From Eledone cirrhosa (taxonomy: Eukaryota), in contig OZ024744.1 in NCBI GenBank assembly GCA_964016885.1, positions 122,884,001 through 122,948,000 of the forward strand: DNA of 64,000 nucleotides, given 5' to 3'. The notes below the pieces were generated by a model. The model was not told where the DNA came from. It saw only the letters and a program-made list of their open reading frames with translations, and ran no database searches. The position numbers were made by a program, and so were the translations under genes. This document shows positions 35,601-50,600 of this stretch, piece after piece; position 1 is the first letter of the stretch, and the number at the start of each line of letters is the position of its first letter.

Positions 35601-38600
35601 TAGACAGTGTCTTTCATTAGAAATATGGTAATAAAAGGGTTAATGACATAACAGTGTTTTTCATTAGAAATATGGTAATGAAAGGGTTAATGATATAGAG
35701 AGTGTCTTTCATTAGAAATATGGTAATGAAAGGGTTAATGACCTAGACAGTGTCTTTCATTAGAAATATGGTAATGAAAGGGTTAATGACATAGACAGTG
35801 TCTTTCATTAGAAATATGGTAATGAAAGGGTTAATGACATACAAAGTGTCTTTCATTAGAAAGGTGATAATGAAAGGGTTAATGGCATAGACAGTGTCTT
35901 TCATTAGAAATATGGTAATGATAGGGTTAATGACATAGAGAGTGTCTTTCATTAGAAATGTGATAATGAAAGGTTTAATGGCATAGACAGTGTCTTTCAT
36001 TAGAAATATGGTAATGAAAGGGTTACTGACATAGAGAGTGTATTTAATTAGAAATATGTTAATGAAAGGGTTAAATACATAGACAGTGTCTTTCATTAAA
36101 AATATGGTAATGAAAGGTTAATAACATAGACAGTGTCTTTCATTAGAAATATGGTAATGAAAGGGCTGATGACATAAACAGTGTCTTTCATTAGAAATAT
36201 GGTAATGAAAGGGTTAATGACATAACAGTGTCTTTCATTAGAAATATGGTAATGAAAGGGTTAATGACATAGACAGTGTCTTTCATTAGAAATATGGTAA
36301 TGAAAGTGTTAATGACATAACAGTGTCTTTCATTAGAAATATGGTAATGAAAAGGTTAATGACATAGGGAGTGTCTTTCATTAGAAATATGGTAATGAAA
36401 GGGTTAATGACATAGACAGTGTCATTCATTAGAAATATGGTAATGAAAGGGTTAATGACATAGACAGTGTCTTTCATTAGAAATATGGTAATGAAAGGGT
36501 TAATGACGTAGACAGTGTCTTTCATTAGAAATATGGTAATGAAAGGGTTAATCACATAGACAGTGTCTTTCATTAGAAATATGGTAATGAAAGGGTTAAT
36601 GACATAGACAGTGTCTTTCATTAGAAATATGGTAATGAAAGGGTTAATGACATAACAGTGTCTTTCATTAGAAATATGGTAATGAAAGGATTAATGACAT
36701 AGACAGTGTCTTTCATTAGAAATATGGTAATGAAAGGGTTAATGACATAACAGTGTTTTTCAATAGAAATATGGTAATGAAAGGGTTAATTATATAGAGA
36801 GTGTCTTTCATTAGAAATATGGTAATGAAAGGGTTAATGACCTAGACAGTGTCTTTCATTAGAAATATGGTAATGAAAGGGTTAATGACATACAAAGTGT
36901 CTTTCATTAGAAATGTGATAATGAAAGGGTTAATGGCATAGAGAGTGTTTTTCATTAGAAATATGGTAATGAAAGGGTTAATAACATAAACAGTGTCTTT
37001 CATTAGAAATATGGTAATGATAGGGTTAATGACATAGAGAGTGTCTTTCATTAGAAATTTGATAATGAAAGGTTTAATGGCATAGACAGTGTCTTTCATT
37101 AGAAATATGGTAATGAAAGGGTTACTGACATAGAGAGTGTATTTAATTAGAAATATGTTAATGAAAGGGTTAATGACATAGACAGTGTCTTTCATTAAAA
37201 ATGTGGTAATGATAGGGTTAATGACATAGACAGTGTCTTTCATTAGAAATATGGTAATGAAAGTGTTACTGACATAGAGAGTGTATTTAATTAGAAATAT
37301 GTTAATGAAAGGGTTAATGACATAGAGAGTGTCTTTCATTAGAAATTTGGTAATGAAAAGTTTAATGACGTAGACAGTGTCTTTCATTAGAAATATGGTA
37401 ATGAAAGGGTTAATCACATAGACAGTGTCTTTCATTAGAAATATGGTAATGAAAGGGCTGATGACATAAACAGTGTCTTTCATTAGAAATATGGTAATGA
37501 AAGGATTAATGACATAGACAGTGTCTTTCATTAGAAATATGGTAATAAAAGGGTTAATGACATAACAGTGTTTTTCATTAGAAATATGGTAATGAAAGGG
37601 TTAATGATATAGAGAGTGTCTTTCATTAGAAATATGGTAATGAAAGGGTTAATGACCTAGACAGTGTCTTTCATTAGAAATATGGTAATGAAAGGGTTAA
37701 TGACATAGACAGTGTCTTTCATTAGAAATATGGTAATGAAAGGGTTAATGATATAGACAGTGTCTTTCATTAGAAATATGGTAATGAAAGGGTTAATGGC
37801 ATAGACAGTGTCTTTCATTAGAAATATGGTAATGATAGGGTTAATGATATAGAGAGTGTCTTTCATTAGAAATTTGATAATGAAAGGTTTAATGGCATAG
37901 ACAGTGTCTTTCATTAGAAATATGGTAATGAAAGGGTTACTGACATAGAGAGTGTATTTATTTAGAAATATGTTAATGAAAGGGTTAAATACATAGACAG
38001 TGTCTTTCATTAAAAATATGGTAATGAAAGGTTAATAACATAGACAGTGTCTTTCATTAGAAATATGGTAATGAAAGGGTCAATGATATAGAGAGTGTCT
38101 TTCATTAGAAATATGGTAATGAAAGGGTTAATGACCTAGACAGTGTCTTTCATTAGAAATATGGTAATGAAAGGGTTAATGGCACAAAGCTTGTTTTTTA
38201 TTAGAAATACGGTAATGAAATTTTTCATGACGTAGACAGTGTCTTTCATTAGAAATATGGTAATGAAAGGGTTAATGCCATAGACAGTGTCTTTCATTAG
38301 AAATATGGCAATGAAAGGGTTAATGACATACACAGTATCTTTCATTAGATATATGGTAATGAAAGGGTTAATGACATAGCCAGTGTCTTTCATTAGAAAT
38401 ATGGTAATGAAATGGTTAATGACATAGACTGTCTTTCATTAGAAATATAGTAATCAAATGGTTAATGTCATAGACAATGTCTTTCATTAGTAATATGGTA
38501 ATGAATGGGTTAATGACATAGTCAGTGTCTTTCATTGGAAATATGTTAATGAATGGGTTATTGACATATGTAGTGTCTTTCATTAGAATATGGTAATGAA

Positions 38601-41600
38601 AGCGTTAATCTCATAGAGAGTGTCTTTCATTAGAAATATGATAATAAAAGGGTGAATGACATAGACAATGTCTTTCATTAGAAATATGGTAATGAAAGGG
38701 TTAATGACACATTAGAAATATGATAATGAAGGTTTTAATGAAGTAGACATTGTCCTTCATCAGAAATATGATAATTAATTGTTTAATGACATAGACAGTG
38801 TCTTTCATTAGAAACTTGGTAATGAAAGGGTTAATGTCATAGACAGTGTCTTTCATTAGAAATATGGTGATGAAAGGGTTAATGGCATAGACTGTGTCTT
38901 TCATTAGAAATATGGTAATGAAAGGGTTAATGACATAGACAGTGTCTTTCTTTAGAAACATGGTAATGAAAGGGTTAATGATACAAACAGTGTCCTTCAT
39001 TAGAAATATGGTGATGAAAGGGTAATGGCATAGACAGTGTCTCTCATTAGATATATGGTAATGAAAGGGTTAATGACATAGTCAGTGTCTTTCATTAGAT
39101 ATATGGTAATGAAAGGATTAATGTCATAGACAGTGTCTTTCATTAGAAATATGGTAATGGAAGGGTTAATGACATAGACAGTGTCTTTCATTTGAAATAT
39201 GCTAATGAAAGGGTTAATGACATAGTGTCTTTCAATACAAATATAGAAATGAAAGGATTAATGACATAGACAGTGTCTTTCATTAGAAATATGGTAATGA
39301 AAGGTTTAATGACATAGCCAGTGCCTTTCATTAGAAATATAGTCATGAAAGGGTTAATGACAGAGATAGTGTCTTTCATTGAAAAATATGGTACTGAAAG
39401 GGTTAAATATATAGACAGTGTATTACATTAGAAATATGGTAATGAAAGGTTAAATGACAGTCTCTTTCATTAGAAATATGATAATGAATATTTTAATGAC
39501 ATAGACAGTGTCTTTCATTAGAAATATGGTAATGAAAAGGTGAATGACTTAGACAGTGTCTTTTATTAGAAATATGGTAATGAAAGGGTTAATGACATAG
39601 ACAGTGTCTTTTATTAGAAATATGGTAATGAAAGGGTTAATGACATAGACAGTGTCTTTCATTAGAAATATGTTAATGAAAGGGTTAACGACATAGACAT
39701 TGTCTTTCATTAGAAATATAATTAAAGGGTTAATGACATAGAGAGTGACTTTATTAGAAACATGTTAATGAAAGCGCTAATGACATAGAGAGTGTATTTC
39801 ATTAGAAATATGGTAATGAAAGGGTTAATGACATATACAGTGTCTTTCATTAGAAATATGGTAATGAAAGGGTTAATGACATAGACAGTGTCTTTCATTA
39901 GAAATGTGGTAATGAAAGGGTTAATGACATAGACAGTGTCTTTCATTAGAAATATGGTAATACAGTGTCTTTCATTAGAAATATGGTAATGAAAGGGTTA
40001 ATGACACAAAGCTTGTTTTTTATTAGAAATATTGTAATGAAATTTTTAATGACGTAGACAGTGTCTTTCATTAGAAATATGGTAATGAAAGGGTTAATGC
40101 CATAGACAGTGTCTTTCATCAGAAATATGGTAATGAAAGGGTTAATGATATAGACAGTGTCTTTCATTAGAAATATGGGAATGAAAGGGTTAATGACATA
40201 GACAGTGTCTTTCATTAGAAATATGTTAATGAAATCTTTAATGGCATAAATAGTGTCTTTCATTAGAAACATGGTAATGAACGGGTTAATGGCATAAACA
40301 GTGTCTTTAATTTGAATTATGGTAATGAAAGGGTTAATGACATAGACAATGTCTTTTATTGCAAAATATGGTAATGAAAGTGTTGATGACAGACTGCCTT
40401 TCATTAAAAATATGGTAATGAAAGGGTTAATGACATAGACAGTGTCTTTCATTACAAATATGGTAATGAAATGGTTAATGACATAGACAGTGTCTTTCAT
40501 TAGAAATATGGTAATGAAAGGGTTAATGACATAGACAGTGTCTTTCATTAGAAATATGGTAATGAAAGGGTTAATGACATAGACAGTGTCTTTCATTAGA
40601 AATATGGTAATGAAAGGGTTAATGACATAGATTGTCTTTCATTAGAAATATGGTAATGAAATGGTTAATGACATAGACAGTATCTTTCATTAGAAATATG
40701 GTGATGAAAGGGTTAATGGCATAGACTGTGTCTTTCATTAGAAATATAGTAATGAAAGGGTTAATGACATAGACAGTGTCTTTCTTTAGAAACATGGTAA
40801 TGAAAGGGTTAATGATACAAACAGTGTCTTTTATTAGAAATATGGTGATGAAAGGGTAATGGCATAGACAGTGTCTCTCATTAGATATATGGTAATGAAA
40901 GGGTTAATGACATAGTAAGTGTCTTTCATTAGATATATGGTAATGAAAGGATTAATGTCATAAACAGTGTCTTTCATTAGAAATATGGTAATGGAAGGGT
41001 TAATGACATAGACAGTGTCTTTCATTTGAAATATGGTAATGAAAGGCTTAATGACATAGCCAGTGTCTTTCATTAGAAATATGGTCATGAAAGGGTTAAT
41101 GACAGAGACAGTGTCTTTCATTGAAAAATATGGTACTGAAAGGGTTAAATATATAGACAGTGTATTACATTAGAAATATGGTAATGAAAGGTTAAATGAC
41201 AGTCTCTTTCATTAGAAATATAATAATGAATATTTTAATGACATAGACAGTGTCTTTCATTAGAAATATGGTAATGAAAAGGTGAATGACTTAGACAGTG
41301 TCTTTTATTAGAAATATGGTAATGAAAGGGTTAATGACATAGACAGTGTCTTTAATTAAAAATATGGTAATGAAAGGGTTAATGACATAGACATTGTCTT
41401 TCATTAGAAATATGGTAATGAAAGGGTTAATGACATAGACATTGTCTTTCATTAGAAATATAATTAAAGGGTTAATGACATAGAGAGTGACTTTATTAGA
41501 AACATGTTAATGAAAGCACTAATGACATAGAGAGTGTATTTCATTAGAAATATGGTAATGAAAGGGTTAATGACATAGACAGTGTCTTTCATTAGAAATA

Positions 41601-44600
41601 TGGTAATGAAAAGGTGAATGACTTAGACAGTGTCTTTTATTAGAAATATGGTAATGAAAGGGTTAATGACATAGACAGTGTCTTTTATTAGAAATATGGT
41701 AATGAAAGGGTTAATGACATAGACAGTGTCTTTCATTAGAAATATGGTAATGAAAGGGTTAACGACATAGACATTGTCTTTCATTAGAAATATAATTAAA
41801 GGGTTAATGACATAGAGAGTGACTTTATTAGAAACATGTTAATGAAAGCGCTAATGACATAGAGAGTGTATTTCATTAGAAATATGGTAATGAAAGGGTT
41901 AATGACATATACAGTGTCTTTCATTAGAAATATGGTAATGAAAGGGTTAATGACATAGACAGTGTCTTTCATTAGAAATGTGGTAATGAAAGGGTTAATG
42001 ACATAGACAGTGTCTTTCATTAGAAATATGGTAATACAGTGTCTTTCATTAGAAATATGGTAATGAAAGGGTTAATGACACAAAGCTTGTTTTTTATTAG
42101 AAATATTGTAATGAAATTTTTAATGACGTAGACAGTGTCTTTCATTAGAAATATGGTAATGAAAGGGTTAATGCCATAGACAGTGTCTTTCATCAGAAAT
42201 ATGGTAATGAAAGGGTTAATGATATAGACAGTGTCTTTCATTAGAAATATGGGAATGAAAGGGTTAATGACATAGACAGTGTCTTTCATTAGAAATATGT
42301 TAATGAAATCTTTAATGGCATAAATAGTGTCTTTCATTAGAAACATGGTAATGAACGGGTTAATGGCATAAACAGTGTCTTTAATTTGAATTATGGTAAT
42401 GAAAGGGTTAATGACATAGACAATGTCTTTTATTGCAAAATATGGTAATGAAAGTGTTGATGACAGACTGCCTTTCATTAAAAATATGGTAATGAAAGGG
42501 TTAATGACATAGACAGTGTCTTTCATTACAAATATGGTAATGAAATGGTTAATGACATAGACAGTGTCTTTCATTAGAAATATGGTAATGAAAGGGTTAA
42601 TGACATAGACAGTGTCTTTCATTAGAAATATGGTAATGAAAGGGTTAATGACATAGACAGTGTCTTTCATTAGAAATATGGTAATGAAAGGGTTAATGAC
42701 ATAGATTGTCTTTCATTAGAAATATGGTAATGAAATGGTTAATGACATAGACAGTATCTTTCATTAGAAATATGGTGATGAAAGGGTTAATGGCATAGAC
42801 TGTGTCTTTCATTAGAAATATAGTAATGAAAGGGTTAATGACATAGACAGTGTCTTTCTTTAGAAACATGGTAATGAAAGGGTTAATGATACAAACAGTG
42901 TCTTTTATTAGAAATATGGTGATGAAAGGGTAATGGCATAGACAGTGTCTCTCATTAGATATATGGTAATGAAAGGGTTAATGACATAGTAAGTGTCTTT
43001 CATTAGATATATGGTAATGAAAGGATTAATGTCATAAACAGTGTCTTTCATTAGAAATATGGTAATGGAAGGGTTAATGACATAGACAGTGTCTTTCATT
43101 TGAAATATGGTAATGAAAGGCTTAATGACATAGCCAGTGTCTTTCATTAGAAATATGGTCATGAAAGGGTTAATGACAGAGACAGTGTCTTTCATTGAAA
43201 AATATGGTACTGAAAGGGTTAAATATATAGACAGTGTATTACATTAGAAATATGGTAATGAAAGGTTAAATGACAGTCTCTTTCATTAGAAATATAATAA
43301 TGAATATTTTAATGACATAGACAGTGTCTTTCATTAGAAATATGGTAATGAAAAGGTGAATGACTTAGACAGTGTCTTTTATTAGAAATATGGTAATGAA
43401 AGGGTTAATGACATAGACAGTGTCTTTAATTAAAAATATGGTAATGAAAGGGTTAATGACATAGACATTGTCTTTCATTAGAAATATGGTAATGAAAGGG
43501 TTAATGACATAGACATTGTCTTTCATTAGAAATATAATTAAAGGGTTAATGACATAGAGAGTGACTTTATTAGAAACATGTTAATGAAAGCGCTAATGAC
43601 ATAGAGAGTGTATTTCATTAGAAATATGGTAATGAAAGGGTTAATGACATAGACAGTGTCTTTCATTAGAAATATGGTAATGAAAGGGTTAATGACATAG
43701 ACAGTGTCTTTCATTAGAAATATGGTAATGAAAGGGTTAATGTCATAGACAGTGTCTTTCATTAGAAATATGGTAATGAAAGGGTTAATGACACAAAGCT
43801 TGTTTTTTATTAGAAATATTGTAATGAAATTTTTAATGACGTAGACAGTGTCTTTCATTAGAAATATGGTAATGAAAGGGTTAATGCCATAGACATTGTC
43901 TTTCATCAGAAATATGGTAATGAACGGGTTAATGGCATAAACATTGTCTTTAATTTGAAATATGGTAATGAAAGGGTTCATGACATAGACAATGTCTTTT
44001 ATTGAAAAATATGGTAATGAAAGGGTTGATGACAGACTGCCTTTCATTAAAAATATGGTAATGAAAGGGTTAATGACATAGACAGTGTCTTTCATTACAA
44101 ATATGGTAATGAAAGGGTTAATGACATAGACAGTGTCTTTCATTAGAAATATGATAATTAAAGGGTTAATGACATAGACAGTGTATTTCATTAAAAATAT
44201 GATAATGAAAGGGTTAATGATATAGAGAACATCTTTCATTAAAAATATGGTAATGGAAGGGTTAATGACATAGACAGTGTCTATCATTAGAATATGGTAA
44301 TGAAATGTTTAATGACATAGAGTGTGTCTTTCATAAGAAATATGGTAATGAAAGGGTTAATGGCATAAACAGTGTCTTTCATTAGAAATATGGTGATGAA
44401 AGGATTAATGACACAGACAGTGTCTTTCATTAGAAATATGGTAATGAAAGGGTTATTGACTTAGACAGTGTCTTTCATCAGAAATATGATAATTAAAGGG
44501 TTAATGATATAGACAGTGTCTTTCATTAGAAATATAGTAATGAAAGGGTTTATGACAAAGACAGTGTCTTTCATTAGAAATATGGTATTGAAGGGTTAAT

Positions 44601-47600
44601 GACATAGACAGTGTCTTTCATTAGAAATCTGATAATGAAAGGGTTAATGACATATACTGTGTCTTTCATTTGAAATATGTCAATGAAAGGGTTAATGGCA
44701 CAAAGCTTGATTTTTACTAGAAATATTGTAATGAAATTTTTAATGACGTAGACAGTGTCTTTCATTAGAAATATGGTAATGAAAGGGTTAATGCCATAGA
44801 CAGTGTCTTTCATTAGAAATATGGTAATGAAAGGGTTAATGACATAGACAGTGTCTTTCTTCAGAAATATGGTAATGAAAGGGTTAATAATATAGACAGT
44901 GTCTTTCATTAGAAATATGGTAATGAAAGGGTTAATGACATAGACAGTGTCTTTCATTAGAAATATGGTAATGAAAGGGTTAATGACATAGACAGTGTCT
45001 TTCATTAGAAATATGGTAATGAAAGGGTTAATGACACAAAGCTTGTTTTTTATTAGAAATACTGTAATGAAATTTTTAATGACGTAGACAGTGTCTTTCA
45101 TTAGAAATATGGTAATGAAAGGGTTAATGGCACAAAGCTTGTTTTTTATTAGAAATACGGTAATGAAATTTTTCATGACGTAGACAGTGTCTTTCATTAG
45201 AAATATGGTAATGAAAGGGTTAATGACATAGACAGTGTCTTTTATTAGAAATATGGTAATGAAAGGGTTAATGACATAGACAGTGTCTTTCATTAGAAAT
45301 ATGGTAATGAAAGGGTTAACGACATAGACATTGTCTTTCATTAGAAATATAATTAAAGGGTTAATGACATAGACAGTGTTTTTCATTAGAAATATGGTAA
45401 TGAAAGGGTTAATAACATAAACAGTGTCTTTCATTAGAAATATGGTAATGATAGGGTTAATGACATAGAGAGTGTCTTTCATTAGAAATTTGATAATGAA
45501 AGGTTTAATGGCATAGACAGTGTCTTTCATTAGAAATATGGTAATGAAAGGGTTACTGACATAGAGAGTGTATTTAATTAGAAATATGTTAATGAAAGGG
45601 TTAATGACATAGACAGTGTCTTTCATTAAAAATGTGGTAATGATAGGGTTAATGACATAGACAGTGTCTTTCATTAGAAATATGGTAATGAAAGTGTTAC
45701 TGACATAGAGAGTGTATTTAATTAGAAATATGTTAATGAAAGGGTTAATGACATAGAGAGTGTCTTTCATTAGAAATATGGTAATGAAAAGTTTAATGAC
45801 GTAGACAGTGTCTTTCATTAGAAATATGGTAATGAAAGGGTTAATCACATAGACAGTGTCTTTCATTAGAAATATGGTAATGAAAGGGCTGATGACATAA
45901 ACAGTGTCTTTCATTAGAAATATGGTAATGAAAGGGTTAATGACATAGACAGTGTCTTTCATTAGAAATATGGTAATGAAAGGGTTAATGACATAACAGT
46001 GTCTTTCATTAGAAATATGGTAATGAAAGGGTTAATGACATAGACAGTGTCTTTCATTAGAAATATGGTAATAAAAGGGTTAATGACATAACAGTGTTTT
46101 TCATTAGAAATATGGTAATGAAAGGGTTAATGATATAGAGAGTGTCTTTCATTAGAAATATGGTAATGAAAGGGTTAATGACCTAGACAGTGTCTTTCAT
46201 TAGAAATATGGTAATGAAAGGGTTAATGACATAGACAGTGTCTTTCATTAGAAATATGGTAATGAAAGGGTTAATGACATACAAAGTGTCTTTCATTAGA
46301 AATGTGATAATGAAAGGGTTAATGGCATAGACAGTGTCTTTCATTAGAAATATGGTAATGATAGGGTTAATGACATAGAGAGTGTCTTTCATTAGAAATG
46401 TGATAATGAAAGGTTTAATGGCATAGACAGTGTCTTTCATTAGAAATATGGTAATGAAAGGGTTACTGACATAGAGAGTGTATTTAATTAGAAATATGTT
46501 AATGAAAGGGTTAAATACATAGACAGTGTCTTTCATTAAAAATATGGTAATGAAAGGTTAATAACATAGACAGTGTCTTTCATTAGAAATATGGTAATGA
46601 AAGGGCTGATGACATAAACAGTGTCTTTCATTAGAAATATGGTAATGAAAGGGTTAATGACATAACAGTGTCTTTCATTAGAAATATGGTAATGAAAGGG
46701 TTAATGACATAGACAGTGTCTTTCATTAGAAATATGGTAATGAAAGTGTTAATGACATAACAGTGTCTTTCATTAGAAATATGGTAATGAAAAGGTTAAT
46801 GACATAGGGAGTGTCTTTCATTAGAAATATGGTAATGAAAGGGTTAATGACATAGACAGTGTCACTCATTAGAAATATGGTAATGAAAGGGTTAATGACA
46901 TAGACAGTGTCTTTCATTAGAAATATGGTAATGAAAGGGTTAATGACGTAGACAGTGTCTTTCATTAGAAATATGGTAATGAAAGGGTTAATCACATAGA
47001 CAGTGTCTTTCATTAGAAATATGGTAATGAAAGGGTTAATGACATAGACAGTGTCTTTCATTAGAAATATGGTAATGAAAGGGTTAATGACATAACAGTG
47101 TCTTTCATTAGAAATATGGTAATGAAAGGATTAATGACATAGACAGTGTCTTTCATTAGAAATATGGTAATGAAAGGGTTAATGACATAACAGTGTTTTT
47201 CAATAGAAATATGGTAATGAAAGGGTTAATTATATAGAGAGTGTCTTTCATTAGAAATATGGTAATGAAAGGGTTAATGACCTAGACAGTGTCTTTCATT
47301 AGAAATATGGTAATGAAAGGGTTAATGACATACAAAGTGTCTTTCATTAGAAATGTGATAATGAAAGGGTTAATGGCATAGAGAGTGTTTTTCATTAGAA
47401 ATATGGTAATGAAAGGGTTAATAACATAAACAGTGTCTTTCATTAGAAATATGGTAATGATAGGGTTAATGACATAGAGAGTGTCTTTCATTAGAAATTT
47501 GATAATGAAAGGTTTAATGGCATAGACAGTGTCTTTCATTAGAAATATGGTAATGAAAGGGTTACTGACATAGAGAGTGTATTTAATTAGAAATATGTTA

Positions 47601-50600
47601 ATGAAAGGGTTAATGACATAGACAGTGTCTTTCATCAAAAATGTGGTAATGATAGGGTTAATGACGTAGACAGTGTCTTTCATTAGAAATATGGTAATGA
47701 AAGTGTTACTGACATAGAGAGTGTATTTAATTAGAAATATGTTAATGAAAGGGTTAATGACATAGAGAGTGTCTTTCATTAGAAATATGGTAATGAAAAG
47801 TTTAATGACGTAGACAGTGTCTTTCATTAGAAATATGGTAATGAAAGGGTTAATCACATAGACAGTGTCTTTCATTAGAAATATGGTAATGAAAGGGCTG
47901 ATGACATAAACAGTGTCTTTCATTAGAAATATGGTAATGAAAGGATTAATGACATAGACAGTGTCTTTCATTAGAAATATGGTAATAAAAGGGTTAATGA
48001 CATAACAGTGTTTTTCATTAGAAATATGGTAATGAAAGGGTTAATGATATAGAGAGTGTCTTTCATTAGAAATATGGTAATGAAAGGGTTAATGACCTAG
48101 ACAGTGTCTTTCATTAGAAATATGGTAATGAAAGGGTTAATGACATAGACAGTGTCTTTCATTAGAAATATGGTAATGAAAGGGTTAATGACATACAAAG
48201 TGTCTTTCATTAGAAAGGTGATAATGAAAGGGTTAATGGCATAGACAGTGTCTTTCATTAGAAATATGGTAATGATAGGGTTAATGACATAGAGAGTGTC
48301 TTTCATTAGAAATGTGATAATGAAAGGTTTAATGGCATAGACAGTGTCTTTCATTAGAAATATGGTAATGAAAGGGTTACTGACATAGAGAGTGTATTTA
48401 ATTAGAAATATGTTAATGAAAGGGTTAAATACATAGACAGTGTCTTTCATTAAAAATATGGTAATGAAAGGTTAATAACATAGACAGTGTCTTTCATTAG
48501 AAATATGGTAATGAAAGGGCTGATGACATAAACAGTGTCTTTCATTAGAAATATGGTAATGAAAGGGTTAATGACATAACAGTGTCTTTCATTAGAAATA
48601 TGGTAATGAAAGGGTTAATGACATAGACAGTGTCTTTCATTAGAAATATGGTAATGAAAGTGTTAATGACATAACAGTGTCTTTCATTAGAAATATGGTA
48701 ATGAAAAGGTTAATGACATAGGGAGTGTCTTTCATTAGAAATATGGTAATGAAAGGGTTAATGACATAGACAGTGTCATTCATTAGAAATATGGTAATGA
48801 AAGGGTTAATGACATAGACAGTGTCTTTCATTAGAAATATGGTAATGAAAGGGTTAATGACGTAGACAGTGTCTTTCATTAGAAATATGGTAATGAAAGG
48901 GTTAATCACATAGACAGTGTCTTTCATTAGAAATATGGTAATGAAAGGGTTAATGACATAGACAGTGTCTTTCATTAGAAATATGGTAATGAAAGGGTTA
49001 ATGACATAACAGTGTCTTTCATTAGAAATATGGTAATGAAAGGATTAATGACATAGACAGTGTCTTTCATTAGAAATATGGTAATGAAAGGGTTAATGAC
49101 ATAACAGTGTTTTTCAATAGAAATATGGTAATGAAAGGGTTAATTATATAGAGAGTGTCTTTCATTAGAAATATGGTAATGAAAGGGTTAATGACCTAGA
49201 CAGTGTCTTTCATTAGAAATATGGTAATGAAAGGGTTAATGACATACAAAGTGTCTTTCATTAGAAATGTGATAATGAAAGGGTTAATGGCATAGAGAGT
49301 GTTTTTCATTAGAAATATGGTAATGAAAGGGTTAATAACATAAACAGTGTCTTTCATTAGAAATATGGTAATGATAGGGTTAATGACATAGAGAGTGTCT
49401 TTCATTAGAAATTTGATAATGAAAGGTTTAATGGCATAGACAGTGTCTTTCATTAGAAATATGGTAATGAAAGGGTTACTGACATAGAGAGTGTATTTAA
49501 TTAGAAATATGTTAATGAAAGGGTTAATGACATAGACAGTGTCTTTCATTAAAAATGTGGTAATGATAGGGTTAATGACATAGACAGTGTCTTTCATTAG
49601 AAATATGGTAATGAAAGTGTTACTGACATAGAGAGTGTATTTAATTAGAAATATGTTAATGAAAGGGTTAATGACATAGAGAGTGTCTTTCATTAGAAAT
49701 TTGGTAATGAAAAGTTTAATGACGTAGACAGTGTCTTTCATTAGAAATATGGTAATGAAAGGGTTAATCACATAGACAGTGTCTTTCATTAGAAATATGG
49801 TAATGAAAGGGCTGATGACATAAACAGTGTCTTTCATTAGAAATATGGTAATGAAAGGATTAATGACATAGACAGTGTCTTTCATTAGAAATATGGTAAT
49901 AAAAGGGTTAATGACATAACAGTGTTTTTCATTAGAAATATGGTAATGAAAGGGTTAATGATATAGAGAGTGTCTTTCATTAGAAATATGGTAATGAAAG
50001 GGTTAATGACCTAGACAGTGTCTTTCATTAGAAATATGGTAATGAAAGGGTTAATGACATAGACAGTGTCTTTCATTAGAAATATGGTAATGAAAGGGTT
50101 AATGATATAGACAGTGTCTTTCATTAGAAATATGGTAATGAAAGGGTTAATGGCATAGACAGTGTCTTTCATTAGAAATATGGTAATGATAGGGTTAATG
50201 ATATAGAGAGTGTCTTTCATTAGAAATTTGATAATGAAAGGTTTAATGGCATAGACAGTGTCTTTCATTAGAAATATGGTAATGAAAGGGTTACTGACAT
50301 AGAGAGTGTATTTATTTAGAAATATGTTAATGAAAGGGTTAAATACATAGACAGTGTCTTTCATTAAAAATATGGTAATGAAAGGTTAATAACATAGACA
50401 GTGTCTTTCATTAGAAATATGGTAATGAAAGGGTCAATGATATAGAGAGTGTCTTTCATTAGAAATATGGTAATGAAAGGGTTAATGACCTAGACAGTGT
50501 CTTTCATTAGAAATATGGTAATGAAAGGGTTAATGGCACAAAGCTTGTTTTTTATTAGAAATACGGTAATGAAATTTTTCATGACGTAGACAGTGTCTTT